Below, piece after piece: positions 35,701 to 47,388 of a stretch of DNA of 64,000 nt. Position numbers and translations under genes: made by a program. The notes beneath the pieces are model-generated. The model was not told the origin of the DNA. It worked only from the letters and a program-made list of their open reading frames with translations, and searched no databases. The stretch lies in assembly GCF_964204645.1 (NCBI RefSeq), contig NC_134035.1:10510451-10574450 (forward strand), written 5' to 3'. The DNA is from Tubulanus polymorphus (lineage: Eukaryota > Animalia > Nemertea). The number at the start of each line of letters is the position of its first letter. The stretch's first letter is position 1.

Positions 35701-36265
35701 CGACTGAGTTGTAAATACTTGTAGACCTCTGAAGACCTCCTTATGTTACAGGGGTCGGTAGATATTACCATATCATTCAAGATAGGGACAGGTTATCTCA
35801 GTGAATAATTTGTTCGTATTCTGATAGAATCTTATCGGGCGCGAATTGGGTCTAAGTAAAAAAAAAAACGCACAACGCAGTAGTACACTCATGTATACAT
35901 GTACCTACTGCCAACGGACTCAGATTTTGAGGGTATAAATTTCTGTGATTTTAGACCTGGGTTTCAAATAAAATCATCTCTACTACCGGTACGGACAGCT
36001 CTTCTCTGTGTAGAACAGATTTCCCGTAAACTAGTAATGAAAAACGACTGTTTTCCCCTTTATTAGTACACACATTCAGCGCTAACTCAGGAGACGTAAA
36101 AAAGCCACATCACGATATCGATCCACTGTAGCTAGAAATATACATATTCTTAGCTACACTGCTGAGTGGATCGATATCGTGATGTGAGTCATATATACAG
36201 AGTGCTGACAAATTAATGTTAAATGGTTTGTACATAGTCATAATTATTTCTACAATGAAGATATC

Positions 36266-36684
36266 TCATTTCAACGGCGGTCGCGCAAATACCTCGTCGA
36301 CGATGATCGCGATTTAAAACCGAAGCGGAAAAATGAGCGCGTTGACCACCACCGCGGTATTGTTAATGACAAAACAACGAGGAAACAACGATTGAACCAG
36401 GATGCATCGACTTACCGCGCGCCAAAACAAAATCAGAAATTTAAATCGTATTACCAGAATTTCTACTACTACCACCGGGCTGAACGTAAACGTGAATGAC
36501 GTCAAAGACCGCGTGCGGCAACGTTACGGCGTTGCTGTCGTTGCCGGATTTCGTTAAGCAACGTCGGATACGGAAGCTGCCGATTTTGGCTCCAATTTGT
36601 TACGACGTGATCGCCGAAAGAGCTAAAGAACCGCAGTTCGATACGCGAATTGCTGGCAATCAGTTCAGCACAACTTGGCGTTAA
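36266..36684 (+). pseudogene. Duplicated 3' fragment of the orphan gene
   Basis: Near-identical to about 31840-32265 but with a 7-bp deletion near 36545 (GTCGTTGCCGG vs GTCGTTGCGAAGTTGCCGG). Confidence 0.85.
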
Positions 36685-37084
36685 CGACAAATCGTATAAT
36701 GTAGTCCTGGGCTAACATAATGAACTGGGTACTGATCAGGGTGGATCCAGGGGTGTATAAGCCCCATTCTTCAGCCGAGTGACCCTTTGAATATTCTTCC
36801 CAAAAATCATGGTTTGCAACCCGTCGCGCCACCCAAAATCAGCGTAGGTCCTCGGAATGCATGCATCTAATTTTTCACAATTTTCTGGTAGATCCCCCAG
36901 GAACCATCCCCTCGACTTACTGTATAAACCTAGCAGCTACGTTATACAGCGAGAAACAGTGGAAATATCGGAAACTGGTGCCAATTAACCATGATTTTTG
37001 AGATGGTAACTGTTGAGTCATTGTGTTAATGATGTTAAAACTTCGGCTGATTTCCGATATTTCCAAAACTAACCAAAATCAACC

Positions 37085-37272
37085 CACGATGAGACGAGAG
37101 CAAATATGCGAACCCATTCCAGTTTATTTCAAGCATTGTGAGGTGAAAAGAGACAATGAGGTTAAATGCCCTGCCTGGGGACAGTACGTACGTACTATAG
37201 TAGTACGAGGTTCGAACCCACGACCTGGCTTCCCAGAGTCGGACGCTCTTACCACTCGCCCCCATGGCTCGC
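37085..37272 (-). mobile_element. tRNA-derived CORE-like SINE (paralog with internal deletion at about 32645-32790)
   Basis: Minus strand: A-box-like TGGGGGCGAGTGG, B-box GGTTCGAACC, then CCCCAGGCAGGGCATTTAACCTCA resembling the CORE box. Confidence 0.7.
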
Positions 37273-37449
37273 CGAACACACATATTTTTAAAACATTATA
37301 CGATGAATCAATTTCGGTTTATTTCTAGCAGTGTGTAGCACGAAAATTACTCTGCTATATAAAATACTTTTTGTAAGTGTTTTGACAAAATAACACACGC
37401 ATTAATTGATTAATACATTCATAAATATGGAAACAACACTTTAGACCAG

Positions 37450-37578
37450 GGGGCCGGTTGCTCAAAAGTTGGTTAAAGATAACCAGCAAATAAATACCAT
37501 AGTAACAATGAACTTTTAATTGTCACTATGTCAACAATCCACTGGTTAACTCTCACCAACTTTTGAGCAACTGGCCCC
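37450..37578. mobile_element. Harbinger-like MITE (GGGGCC TIR, CAG TSD)
   Basis: TIR GGGGCC.GTTGCTCAAAAGTTGG; paralogous empty site TTAGACCAGTCC at about 32975. Confidence 0.85.
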
Positions 37579-37668
37579 CAGTCCGTTAGACAATATCATT
37601 ACAGCCACATCGTGCGCAGGGTTTCCAGAGCCATTTTCAAAAATCTAGAAATGTTTTTAATATAATAA

Positions 37669-38100
37669 CACCAAGAAATTCACGACGAATTTAATGGAAA
37701 ACAAATCATGACTGCAGTGAACTGATGTAAATCTCAGTGTAGAGTTAACGAATAAAATCCACAGTTACTTCTGTCAGAACGGTTTGTTGCCTTGTGGCCC
37801 CTTGGGTGTTGTTCTTGAGCTACACAAGTATGTAATGGTGTAAGAGTTATGACTGCAGTGAACTGATGTAAATCTCAGTGTAGAGTTAACGAATAAAACC
37901 CACAGTTACTTCTGTAAAAACAGTTTATTGTTTTTTTTTGTTCCTCTGAAGATGAGGTTTAGTTTGAACCTCGAAATTGTAAGCCAATAAACTGTTTTTA
38001 CAGAAGTAATTGTGAGTTTTATTTGTTAACTCTACACTGAGATTTACATCAGTTCACTGCAGTCATGTTTTCCATTAAATTCGTCGCGAATTTCTTGGTG
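37669..38100. mobile_element. Penelope-like direct-plus-inverted terminal-repeat insertion with central hammerhead-like core (37946-37982)
   Basis: Long inverted repeat; CUGAAGA-U-GAGGUUU...GAACCUC-GAAA; absent from the paralogous flank at about 33060. Confidence 0.6.
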
Positions 38101-38540
38101 CATGGGTGTACGGATCTTGGCATATATCGAGATCTGGGTGTAGCATATATGTTACGAAGACTAGTAAAACATGCAAATCTCCAATTTGATGATCATTGCA
38201 AACGAGATTGATTGTCGCTAATACCGATTATCAAATTTAATATTGTGTAGTCTTGGAGTTGGTCCACATGTAATCCGTTGACCAACTTGACGGCTACAGT
38301 CAACCCCTGGTATACCGCCTACATTGGTGATTAGGATCTTTGCCGTATAGAAAGTAAGGCGGTTTAATGGAGATCCATTTTGACTAGTTCCATGATAAAT
38401 ACAGAGTTAGGCGGGATGGCGATTTATCGGGAGGTGATATATTGTACTATTGATTACTTGAACTATAACCGCAATGCTGAAGCCCAATTCGTGGCAGGGC
38501 AAATCCATGAGTAAAATCGCCAGGCTCAGAGAATAGTTAG

Positions 38541-39692
38541 TTAATCATGCCAGTGCACACTGAAGTTAACATCAACTGAAACTAATTTCTCGAAGTCTCT
38601 ATCAGGTTTCATATTTGCTATTAATGTTTTGATGTCGAACGGTTTTTTCACGATTTCGCGAACGGAAAACAAAAGCTTGTATTCGGGTTTATCGTAATAC
38701 GTGTGATGGAATGTGTGATTCGACATCACTTCCGGTCCGTGTGGCTTATTCTTGAAATTGTCGCGTTTCAGCATTTCACAAATTTTACCTCCAGGTGTTC
38801 CAGGGGGTTCCTGGTTTTCACATTCGTATTTGAAGGTTTTTACACCATTTGGGTCGAAGTCGGGGATAAATCTACGGTATGACGCAAAATAGACTGCATC
38901 GCATAGCGACACGATCCTGTTGTCATCATCTCTCACGGATTTCTCATACGTAACTAAAACCGCATCAGTCATGAATGGACCAGTCTTATAAACAACATCC
39001 CTTTTATATGTCGCCTTATTCGCTGTCGGTAGAAATTCGATAATTCTTCGTTGATATTTATGTTTTGGCGTTGACGTCATTAACGCGTTTAAAGTCGATG
39101 GTCGCGACAGATTCCAATTAACGACGCTGTGAACGGGATGATCTTCGGGTATCATCGCCGTGTGGGTGTTCAGCAAATGATCGAATGGTCGCAAGGCTTC
39201 CATATCTAAATCAGCGTACAGTCCACCAAACGTGTATAGTATGAAATACCGAATCGCGTCGGCTCTCTGAATTCCATATTCATAATTTTTGTACATCGGA
39301 TAATACGCAGGAAATCTGCGTTTAACGAACTCGTCGGCGATGCTATCGGTCCACAACCAATATTCCCATTCGGGGTGAAGTTTCACCCAAGACGTGATAT
39401 GTCTTCTGAACGAAATCGGGATATTTTCAGTTTTCCACGTCTGGTGTATTCTTTTAGGCACTTGACCGCAGTTACTATCGCTAACGTCCAACTGTTCCAA
39501 TACATTGGCAACGATATCATTGTATACAACGGGAACCTTCATGTTGTGTTGTGATATTGAACAGTAACGACGAAATGATGCTTTCAGGCCGCTCAGCGCG
39601 TTCTCGCTTAACACCAAAAACAAAATAGCGAGGATAAAGCTGGCCAATCCGAAAATCTTGAGTTGAGCATGCTTAAGCTGTCCAAGCACCAT
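38541..39692 (-). CDS. GT32 glycosyltransferase copy 6, 383 aa (start reassigned from 39767 to 39692)
   Basis: Same motifs; MVLGQLKH start aligns with copy 5 MALGRLKH, follows TTTTATCCTAG|G, and gives the same CDS length as copy 5. Confidence 0.9.
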   Translation of the reverse strand: MVLGQLKHAQLKIFGLASFILAILFLVLSENALSGLKASFRRYCSISQHNMKVPVVYNDIVANVLEQLDVSDSNCGQVPKRIHQTWKTENIPISFRRHITSWVKLHPEWEYWLWTDSIADEFVKRRFPAYYPMYKNYEYGIQRADAIRYFILYTFGGLYADLDMEALRPFDHLLNTHTAMIPEDHPVHSVVNWNLSRPSTLNALMTSTPKHKYQRRIIEFLPTANKATYKRDVVYKTGPFMTDAVLVTYEKSVRDDDNRIVSLCDAVYFASYRRFIPDFDPNGVKTFKYECENQEPPGTPGGKICEMLKRDNFKNKPHGPEVMSNHTFHHTYYDKPEYKLLFSVREIVKKPFDIKTLIANMKPDRDFEKLVSVDVNFSVHWHD

Positions 39693-42199
39693 CCTAGGAT
39701 AAAAAAACCCGATTAGTAACACAAATGATTGACTGAAAGGCGTCGAGATCATGCAAAACAAGTTCATAAAAGTTCCGGTTTAGGCTACAGCTTTATCTAT
39801 TCCAGTTCATTGAAATTAGGGAAATCATGTTACGCACTCGGAGGAACGGGCGGCGGTGCGCGGCGCTGAGGGCGCGTCGTGCAGTGCCAGTTTTTATGGT
39901 CTAAATTTTTTGGTCAAAAACACGCGCACGCACGCACGCACATTCGTATGTATGCACTCTGCACATCGATAGGTCGGATGGGTGTTTGAACTCCACCGTC
40001 CGAATCGTCGAAACCTCGATTACTGAAATCATTGACGGGGCATTTTCGCCGCTACAGCGAAATTTCTCAATGCAAAACGCTTTAGGACGTTGGTGAATTC
40101 GTGGTTTAGAATATGCTTTTTCCGTTACCTGTTAGGACTAATATCTTATATCCATAAATGAATATTAAAAGACTGCTTCTTTGATTGACGAAATACATAC
40201 TTTTTAGTAAACAAATATGTTTCCGTTTCGTTCTTTTTTATTTTGTCATACATGTACATGTATTTCATACCCATCAAAACCTAGACGCTGGATTCATGTA
40301 GGCGCTTGTACGGCTTGTTGTGTAGGGTGTGTTCGCACGGATGAAATGATAGCGTTGTGTAACCATACGTATTGTTAATTCTAAAATGTCAAGGCCCATC
40401 ATGGCGCAAAAAGATGCAGTATGTCCAGTCCAGCCTGGAGAATCTTCCCATACCTTAGGGTAATTTAGTCTTCAAAGGACGAATTACCGCTGGCAGCAAA
40501 ACAACACAAATACAGTCAACCCCCGATATATCACTACGTCGTATCTATTTTCTCAGTCGGATCGTCCTTCCATCGCAATGGCAAATCTATCATACTTTGC
40601 ATCGAATTTAATTCAATATTCATTGTATTCGGCGAAGTTCAAACTCCGCAAAAGGGAAAACTTGTTTCTCATTTCATTTTTAGTGAAGAAATAAACTTGT
40701 ATAACAATCATAATACATAGAAAACAATTTCATACCCTAAGAAAATTAGGGAAAAATAATGGCAGAATTGATTATAAAATGATCAAACATCTAGCTTCAA
40801 ACATTTTCTTGATTGATAACCCTAGTTCTATCACCATTTGCGTTTCCATAAAAGCAGACATAGCTGATAGAATGAAAACAATAAATTGTTTTATTTCATT
40901 TCATGGTAAATGCACAAATTTAGAACACATCTTGTCGTCTCTAAAAAACTAATTCTTTAAATACAATTGTGCCTTTATTATTAGATAACAAATATAAATG
41001 GTATGCTTAGATATATATACAAAGTACATTATTATAATGAATACAATCTTATTTAAGTCAGGCATGAAAATATAGTAATTTCATAAAATCTAGGAAACAA
41101 AAGAGTGAAACAAATTTGAATTTTGATAACATGTACATGCGACTAAATGGCATGAAAATTCTAGCAATCATCTCTGCATTAGCACGGTCAACAATGTAAG
41201 CATAATATCATGCAATTCGTTGGTTGAGGGTGTTATTCAAAATGTACTACGGATGGGGGTCTAAAAACAGCCAAATTCACCGCACATACCATTTCAAGCC
41301 CTGAGAACAATATCTAATGAACTAGAGAATGCCTTGTCTCCATTCTACATTGTAGCTCAAAGAGTATCAGCATCGAATTCTGCAGCCACCAGAGCAATTC
41401 GGGAGTCCACTAGACTTGTTAGGCCTACATCTAGCTTCATCTCTACCCTGACTTCGACTGGTCACTGGTAATCAGTGGTGGTTGGTCATCGGCTTACTGG
41501 CGCTTGGGTCCGGTCAGCAGTCGGCCTCACACGTGTCAAGTAGAACCTACCATGCATCTCAGCCTGGGCATAGACGTTGTCCAGGAAGGGGATGGATGGA
41601 AATGAACGTATAGGTGACCGTTCTAGCCCTAACCTAAGAGGATTATCTTTTCATAAATCAATTAATCATCTCCCGCATCTACTCAATAGCGTCTCTGAAA
41701 GCATAGAATAAAAGCCAATTCTCTGTACATAGAAGTCAACCGATATATACGCTGAATAGATGTATAAATATGATCTCATTCAATAAATGATAAAGATTTC
41801 TACGGGAAGTGTTTATCTTACAGCACCTGGGCTTTTATCATTGACTCTATTCTATTTCAGTGCGCTAAACCATCAGATTACAGCTGAAATCGTTTCAGCG
41901 TATGCATCAACGGACCAAAAGAAAAATCTATGGCAAGGGTTGCAAGGCTGGGTTAGGTGGATTACAAAGGGAGTCAGGGTGCCCCTCTTGGATCGTGAAG
42001 GGCTCTTTAAACATCAGCCTAAAGAAATACCAATTACTTTTCCAACTCAAGCATTAATGTTTCTTTCCAAAGGCCTGGAGAATATCTAACCCTTTCTCGA
42101 AATGTCCCTCTATTCATGGATCATAGATCTGCTTTAGAAATTGGCTCACCCAGTATGGGGAGAGTGGCTGGTTCAAAGCGTTATAGGGATAATACTGGC

Positions 42200-42915
42200 A
42201 CCTCTAGTCGCGAACTCGGACCGTAAACAGATGTACTTTCGGAGCGGAGCGCTCTTGGACTCATTTTCTTTAGGGAACATACAACGATTTACGAACTACA
42301 ATGGAGTTACTACAGAACGCAAAAACCTTTTGGTATGATTCGGCGACTGCAGAAGATTTTGAAAAATTTCTTACTGGTACCCAAAATTCGGATCCAACTA
42401 AAAAAACTCGATTTAGCTGCGATGTGTGAAATTCTGACAAATGATGCAACTTCTCGTCAGTGTATCGAGAAGATAATCGATTTTAACTATAATAACATGG
42501 AGTATTCTGCAACGCAGCAGACAAATATAAAATACTGAAGAAACATCAGATATCTTTTCAAGACGCGACCATAAAATTTATGTCACCATTAGAAACTCCG
42601 TCTCCAACGATCGTGCGTGTGGATGGGGTGCCGGTAAACTGCCCCCACGACAAGATCCTGAAGCCATACATAGACATTCTAACAGGGTCCTACCATCCGA
42701 ATGTAGGTACATGTAGGTCCATGTTTAAAGACGGACTGAAACGTGTTGTCGAAATTGCGTAAAACTAAAAGGCCCCAATTCCGAGACATCTGACTTTACC
42801 TTCGAATCGATACGGGATATTGGTGCTCATCAGATCAGAGCCTACTATTCTGGGCAGCCAGACCACTGCTGTACCATTTGCGGTGGCTTTGAACATTCGT
42901 GGGTCGAATGCCTCA
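42200..42915 (+). mobile_element. Degenerate LINE ORF1 (L1/Tx1-type gag-like) remnant
   Basis: IRAYYSGQPDHCCTICGGFEHSWVEC contains a CX2CX4HX4C knuckle (42870-42911) after YxGQP; upstream VRVDGVP; left boundary uncertain. Confidence 0.6.
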
Positions 42916-44058
42916 TATCATGCACGGAAATGTAGGAAAAATGGCCTAGGTATTTGCCTAGGAAAAAATGGCCGAGGAAAAAATGACCACGGAAAAAAGG
43001 ACAGACTCTCGATTTTGTCTGCAATAATTTAGCGTTAAATTTCAGCCTTTTCAGAGTCGGATAAGCGTTAAATAAAGATCAACCAAGCGCGTCTTACCTG
43101 AATTCAATATACTGTAACGTACACGAGCTTTCTGGTTGATGAACAGCTATTCTCTGTACAGTACTTTACTCAGTTCTATTATTATTGAATCCAGCTCGAT
43201 TCAGCTGATTTATCTAGGTCACAAACTGGCATTTATCTAGGTGCCAGCGTACTCTATTATTATCAGAGGGTAGATAGGATACTGTAGAAGGCCTAATACT
43301 CTCAAATTTCATAGCAGAATAAAATTTCAAGATATATCTTTGATTGCAAAAGATAATTACTTTAGATTAAAGGGGTTTAATCGTTTATTCGCGAGAAGGA
43401 TTTCAAAATAAAGAAGAAATTAAGATAAGGAATATTCATCACCCCTTATTTGTAATAGAATCGTCTGGGGATGTCAGAGTTGAGTTGTATCACGCGTACA
43501 GCGCCTGTCGGCTCGGATAAACGCTTCCTCAGATGCTAAACTTTCGGAAAATAGCGCATTCATTATTTCCCATAGATTTACTTATAAATGAACTGGAAAA
43601 AGTGCAGATCCGCACCTCTCCGCGTAAACGGTTCAATCAATTACATTAAATATCAATGTTTCAGATTCAAAATTCAGCAATTCAGTACATTATTGCCATT
43701 GGTTAATTTAAGATATCTTCACAAGAAAGATTTTATCCTGGATTCTGTCATTCAGCAGATTGCGTCAATCACGAGAGGTGCGGATCTGCACTTTGACCAA
43801 TGAATTTTTTTTTAATGCACAGTTGTATAGGTAGTTAGTTACCTAATCGTTGGTGGTAAGCTTTTTATAATCGGATGGGCTTATACTGGGTCAACGTTAG
43901 GCGGGATGACAAGGAACAAAACACAGTTGAAAAAAGTAACGCTTCAAAAATATACTTGCTATTCACTTCAGTCCACAATTAATGGCTTAAATAGAGGGGC
44001 CCGTATTTGAAGTTTGGGGGTGAACTGTAGCTTAGATCATCCAGTATCCCTGGTACTA

Positions 44059-44886
44059 TCTATATATACAAAAAGAAAAGGGTGGAAACTCCTATACAGA
44101 CACTTCGATTTAAAACTGCTGTAACTCCTCAAATTTCCAATGGATTTCGATGAAATCTGTTTTAAATTGTTCAAAACATCCTATATTTTCTAAATTTGAC
44201 TACTTGGAGGCCATTTGATAACGTTTCACCACTCAAAATCGCGATTAAATGCGACGGAAACCCTAAAAAATCCTGCTATACTGCTATGGCAGCAAAAATC
44301 CTCTACCTTTCAACTTCAAGTGAAGAGCTTGTGGTGATTTCAGCGTCTAAATCCAACAAACGATACATCAATCAAAGCACAACATCTTATATTTTGTTCA
44401 TAACAAGAATTTATTCATCAAATGAACGTATTCTGCGTTTGGGAGAGTAAAATTTGCAGAAAAACGGAAAGCTAATCGGCAAGATACAAATAAAATTCAA
44501 ATTCAATTTTATTGCGCATACTTTCTGAGGAATATATCCGCGACGGTTTTGGTAGTTTAAAATACAATCCTTATGATAAGACCCACGTAGAATACGATTT
44601 CAATGATCTAACGGGATTAATTAGTCATTTCGAAGTAGTTTCCTGAAAGTTTGCACAATAAAATCGAATATGAATTTACATTTGTGTTGGCAGCGAGCTC
44701 GGTGGTCTAGTGGTATGATGCTGCGCTAGTAATTCACTGGCCCGGGTTCGAGTCTCGCTCGATCCCGCTCTATTTTTCTCTAACTATTCTCCACACTTTC
44801 TGAATAAAACCAATATCACTGACCAACCCCACTATTCCTGTATAAAAAATAAGATTTTTTACAAGTCCAGATATGGGGTAGTCTAG
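44059..44886 (+). mobile_element. Non-autonomous Helitron-like element carrying a tRNA-like head (44693-44768)
   Basis: A|TCTATATATAC start and CTAG|T end; internal GGTGGTCTAGTGG (A box) and GGTTCGAGTC (B box); no clear 3' hairpin seen. Confidence 0.5.
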
Positions 44887-45629
44887 TAGTATCTAGCCGC
44901 CGTTCTCTGTTAGTTACCTAATCGTTGGTAGTAAGCTTTTATTATCGGATGAGCTCATGTGTTTAGTGAAAATATCCGATCGTGAAACTAAACCACAGAC
45001 AGGTTACTGACTACCGTCCAATTGTGACTACGACTGGTATTCGGACTAGATGTGGGAGAACCCATTGTTGGCGGCGGGTATTCAGACTATAGTCTATAGT
45101 TATTTTCACTTTATCTTGGAAATGGAAAATCCAAATGATATGTCGGGTAATATGCCTGCTAAATCTGAGTCACATTACAGTTCTGTGGGAACTCACAATC
45201 AATGTGCTCACCCAGCAGTCCTCTCGGTCCAAACTGTGGACTCGTCACTGGGGCAATCAGATAATGACCTATATTCAGTAACCTGATTTATCTAACAGGT
45301 GTTTAAAATAGCCTTGTATTTGTTTGCGCATAGACACACACCAAAGTCTAAATGTCGATCTCTGATCTAAATGTCTTGTTATATTTCATTTTGCGCGATT
45401 CTTTCTTACAGCACCGGTATGTCATAGGCCAATTTACTAATCAGTAGGCTGAAATTAGACCTACCTTGATGAAATAGGTTAGATTTTGTAAAGTTATTTA
45501 TTTCTGTTTCAATCGAATGATGAATCTATCTTTTTTTTTCATCTAGAGATTCATGGTGTGAATAAGCCTAGTTTCGCCGGTGTACTAGCTGTTTAAAAAA
45601 GGGCCGGCTGTCGTTGAGGACGCGTATCC

Positions 45630-45779
45630 GTGGTTTCGAGTTGGGTGAATTTACGATTGAAATCATCGGATCAGTTGATGAATAACGTCATTATGGATAT
45701 CGTGTCTGGTACGAATTTGAAATCTCTCATCGAATCATTGACCGGCAGATACATGAAACGTGTTCAAAGCTTTGACGGG
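45630..45779 (+). pseudogene. Isolated calponin-homology (CH)-domain-like exon fragment
   Basis: SWVNLRL..MNNVIMDIVSGTNLKSLIESLTG fits the CH pattern WxNxxL...DLxDGxxLxxLxExLxG; donor GG|GTGGGT; in-frame stops upstream. Confidence 0.45.
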
Positions 45780-46229
45780 TGGGTTTTATACCTGAAACAA
45801 TGTTTGGTTGGTCAAGTATTCACATTAGAATTCACATTTTCACTCGGGCTTGTGACGCCATGTCAGATATGGCGTGACAAGCCCCGGGGCCTGTGACGCC
45901 ATGTTCTGCTGATTCTTAAGATTGACTTCACTCCAAACTGCAGTTAGACCCCGGCAGGTGTGGTGGGTTTGTAAGGGACACTCAATCAAAAAATCAAATG
46001 AAATTTACCAACCAAATAAATAACAGGGACAATCCCTATTTTAAGATCAAAACTAACGATTTAGTTGAAAAACAGCCTGGTTTTTAAGAGAAGAAATTCT
46101 TTGAATATATATACGTAGAATTCTAAAATAAGAAAAAAACCTAACCTCAATCAACATCGACGTTGTAATTCGGGACATTATGACGTATATGTGGTCATTG
46201 TGTCCACTGGTTTGACCGGGAAGACGTGT

Positions 46230-46297
46230 GGGAGGATGGGAGGGAAGGGGTGGGGGAGGGCGGAAGGGATTGGGTGAGGGAGGGTCGGGTAGGGTGG
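46230..46297 (+). other. G-quadruplex-forming tract (12 G3+ runs)
   Basis: GGGAGGATGGGAGGGAAGGGGTGGGGGAGGG...GGGTAGGG in an AT-rich context. Confidence 0.7.
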
Positions 46298-47388
46298 TTA
46301 GGCGAGTTGAAATGATACGATGTTTTCGTTAGACGGACGGATGATATGAGAACAAATCACTGAAGTAATACAAGTGGTATCTGCACACAATGTTAGATAC
46401 ATGTATCTACTGATCAGTCAGTGTAAAATCTACAACAGTTAAATCAAGAGAAATGCTGCACTGTCTGATTGATTGAAAAACAGTAATTTCCCTTTTCGTT
46501 GTTTTCGCGTATTTTGATTGCGAGTGGTTCTGCTGCTATTATTTAGAGTATTGCGCTCATAGGACATCTTTGTCTTACGCCTCTTTCTAAAGTGAAAGGT
46601 TTCGTTAGGTAGCCGTTGCTCTTAATTCTGGATTTTCTCCAAAGCCAAAGCTTTCGATCATACATTCTCTGCAAATAAACCATTTTACAGTTGCTAGCCG
46701 CCATTTTGTTAGAGTACTTATGTCCCGTATTGTTGGGTCATTTTTTTCTCTTTTTTTAAAAAACTATCCGTGATGTGTGTTGTATCATATTTCTTCTGTC
46801 TATGGATGGATTTTGACAGTTTCAGCAACAATCAAACCGCGTGAATCTCTAGTTTTTAGTTATGTAAAAATCATTTTTTAAATTTGCAACAATGCGACAT
46901 GAGAGCGATATAAAAATCTTCTGTTCCAAATTTTGGCTTAAGTGAGGTATAATTACGGAGTTTTGGTTGCAGAGGAACTGACCACGATATAGCATAGTTC
47001 CTATATAAAATTGCTCAAATATCATTCAAAACCTTAATGATTTGATAGGTATTTAGAATAGATAACTGCATGTTCTCATAAAAATATTCCATTTTACATT
47101 CAGTTAGTATTGACTTGACAAATGAACTAGCTTTGCCAATAAAGGCCTGTTCATAATCACAAAGAAACAAATTACATGTATATAAATCCCTCCAAGAGTA
47201 CGTATAAATTGTAAATAGAAAAGTTGTGAATAACGTATGTTCTGTTTTAAGATGCTTTAATTTTTTCTGTTTGAAAAATGGGTACATTGTAGAAGAATAT
47301 AGTCTGAAAATGAATTAAAACTTGAAACCGGGATCAGAAGAATGCAGTTAAACTCGCTCGATGTCCCCATCTTAAATTACATGTGAAC

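Noticed and set aside
39693-39767. 25-aa N-terminal extension of GT32 copy 6 in the ORF track
   Set aside because: Corresponds to the acceptor/intron-like region; the paralogous start is at 39692
41330-41620. GC-richer stretch reading IPFLD on the minus strand (Penelope RT-like?)
   Set aside because: Only a 4-5 residue match and no other RT motifs
44693-44768. tRNA gene
   Set aside because: A and B boxes are present but there is no convincing anticodon or acceptor stem; treated as a SINE-type head (same for 37208-37272)
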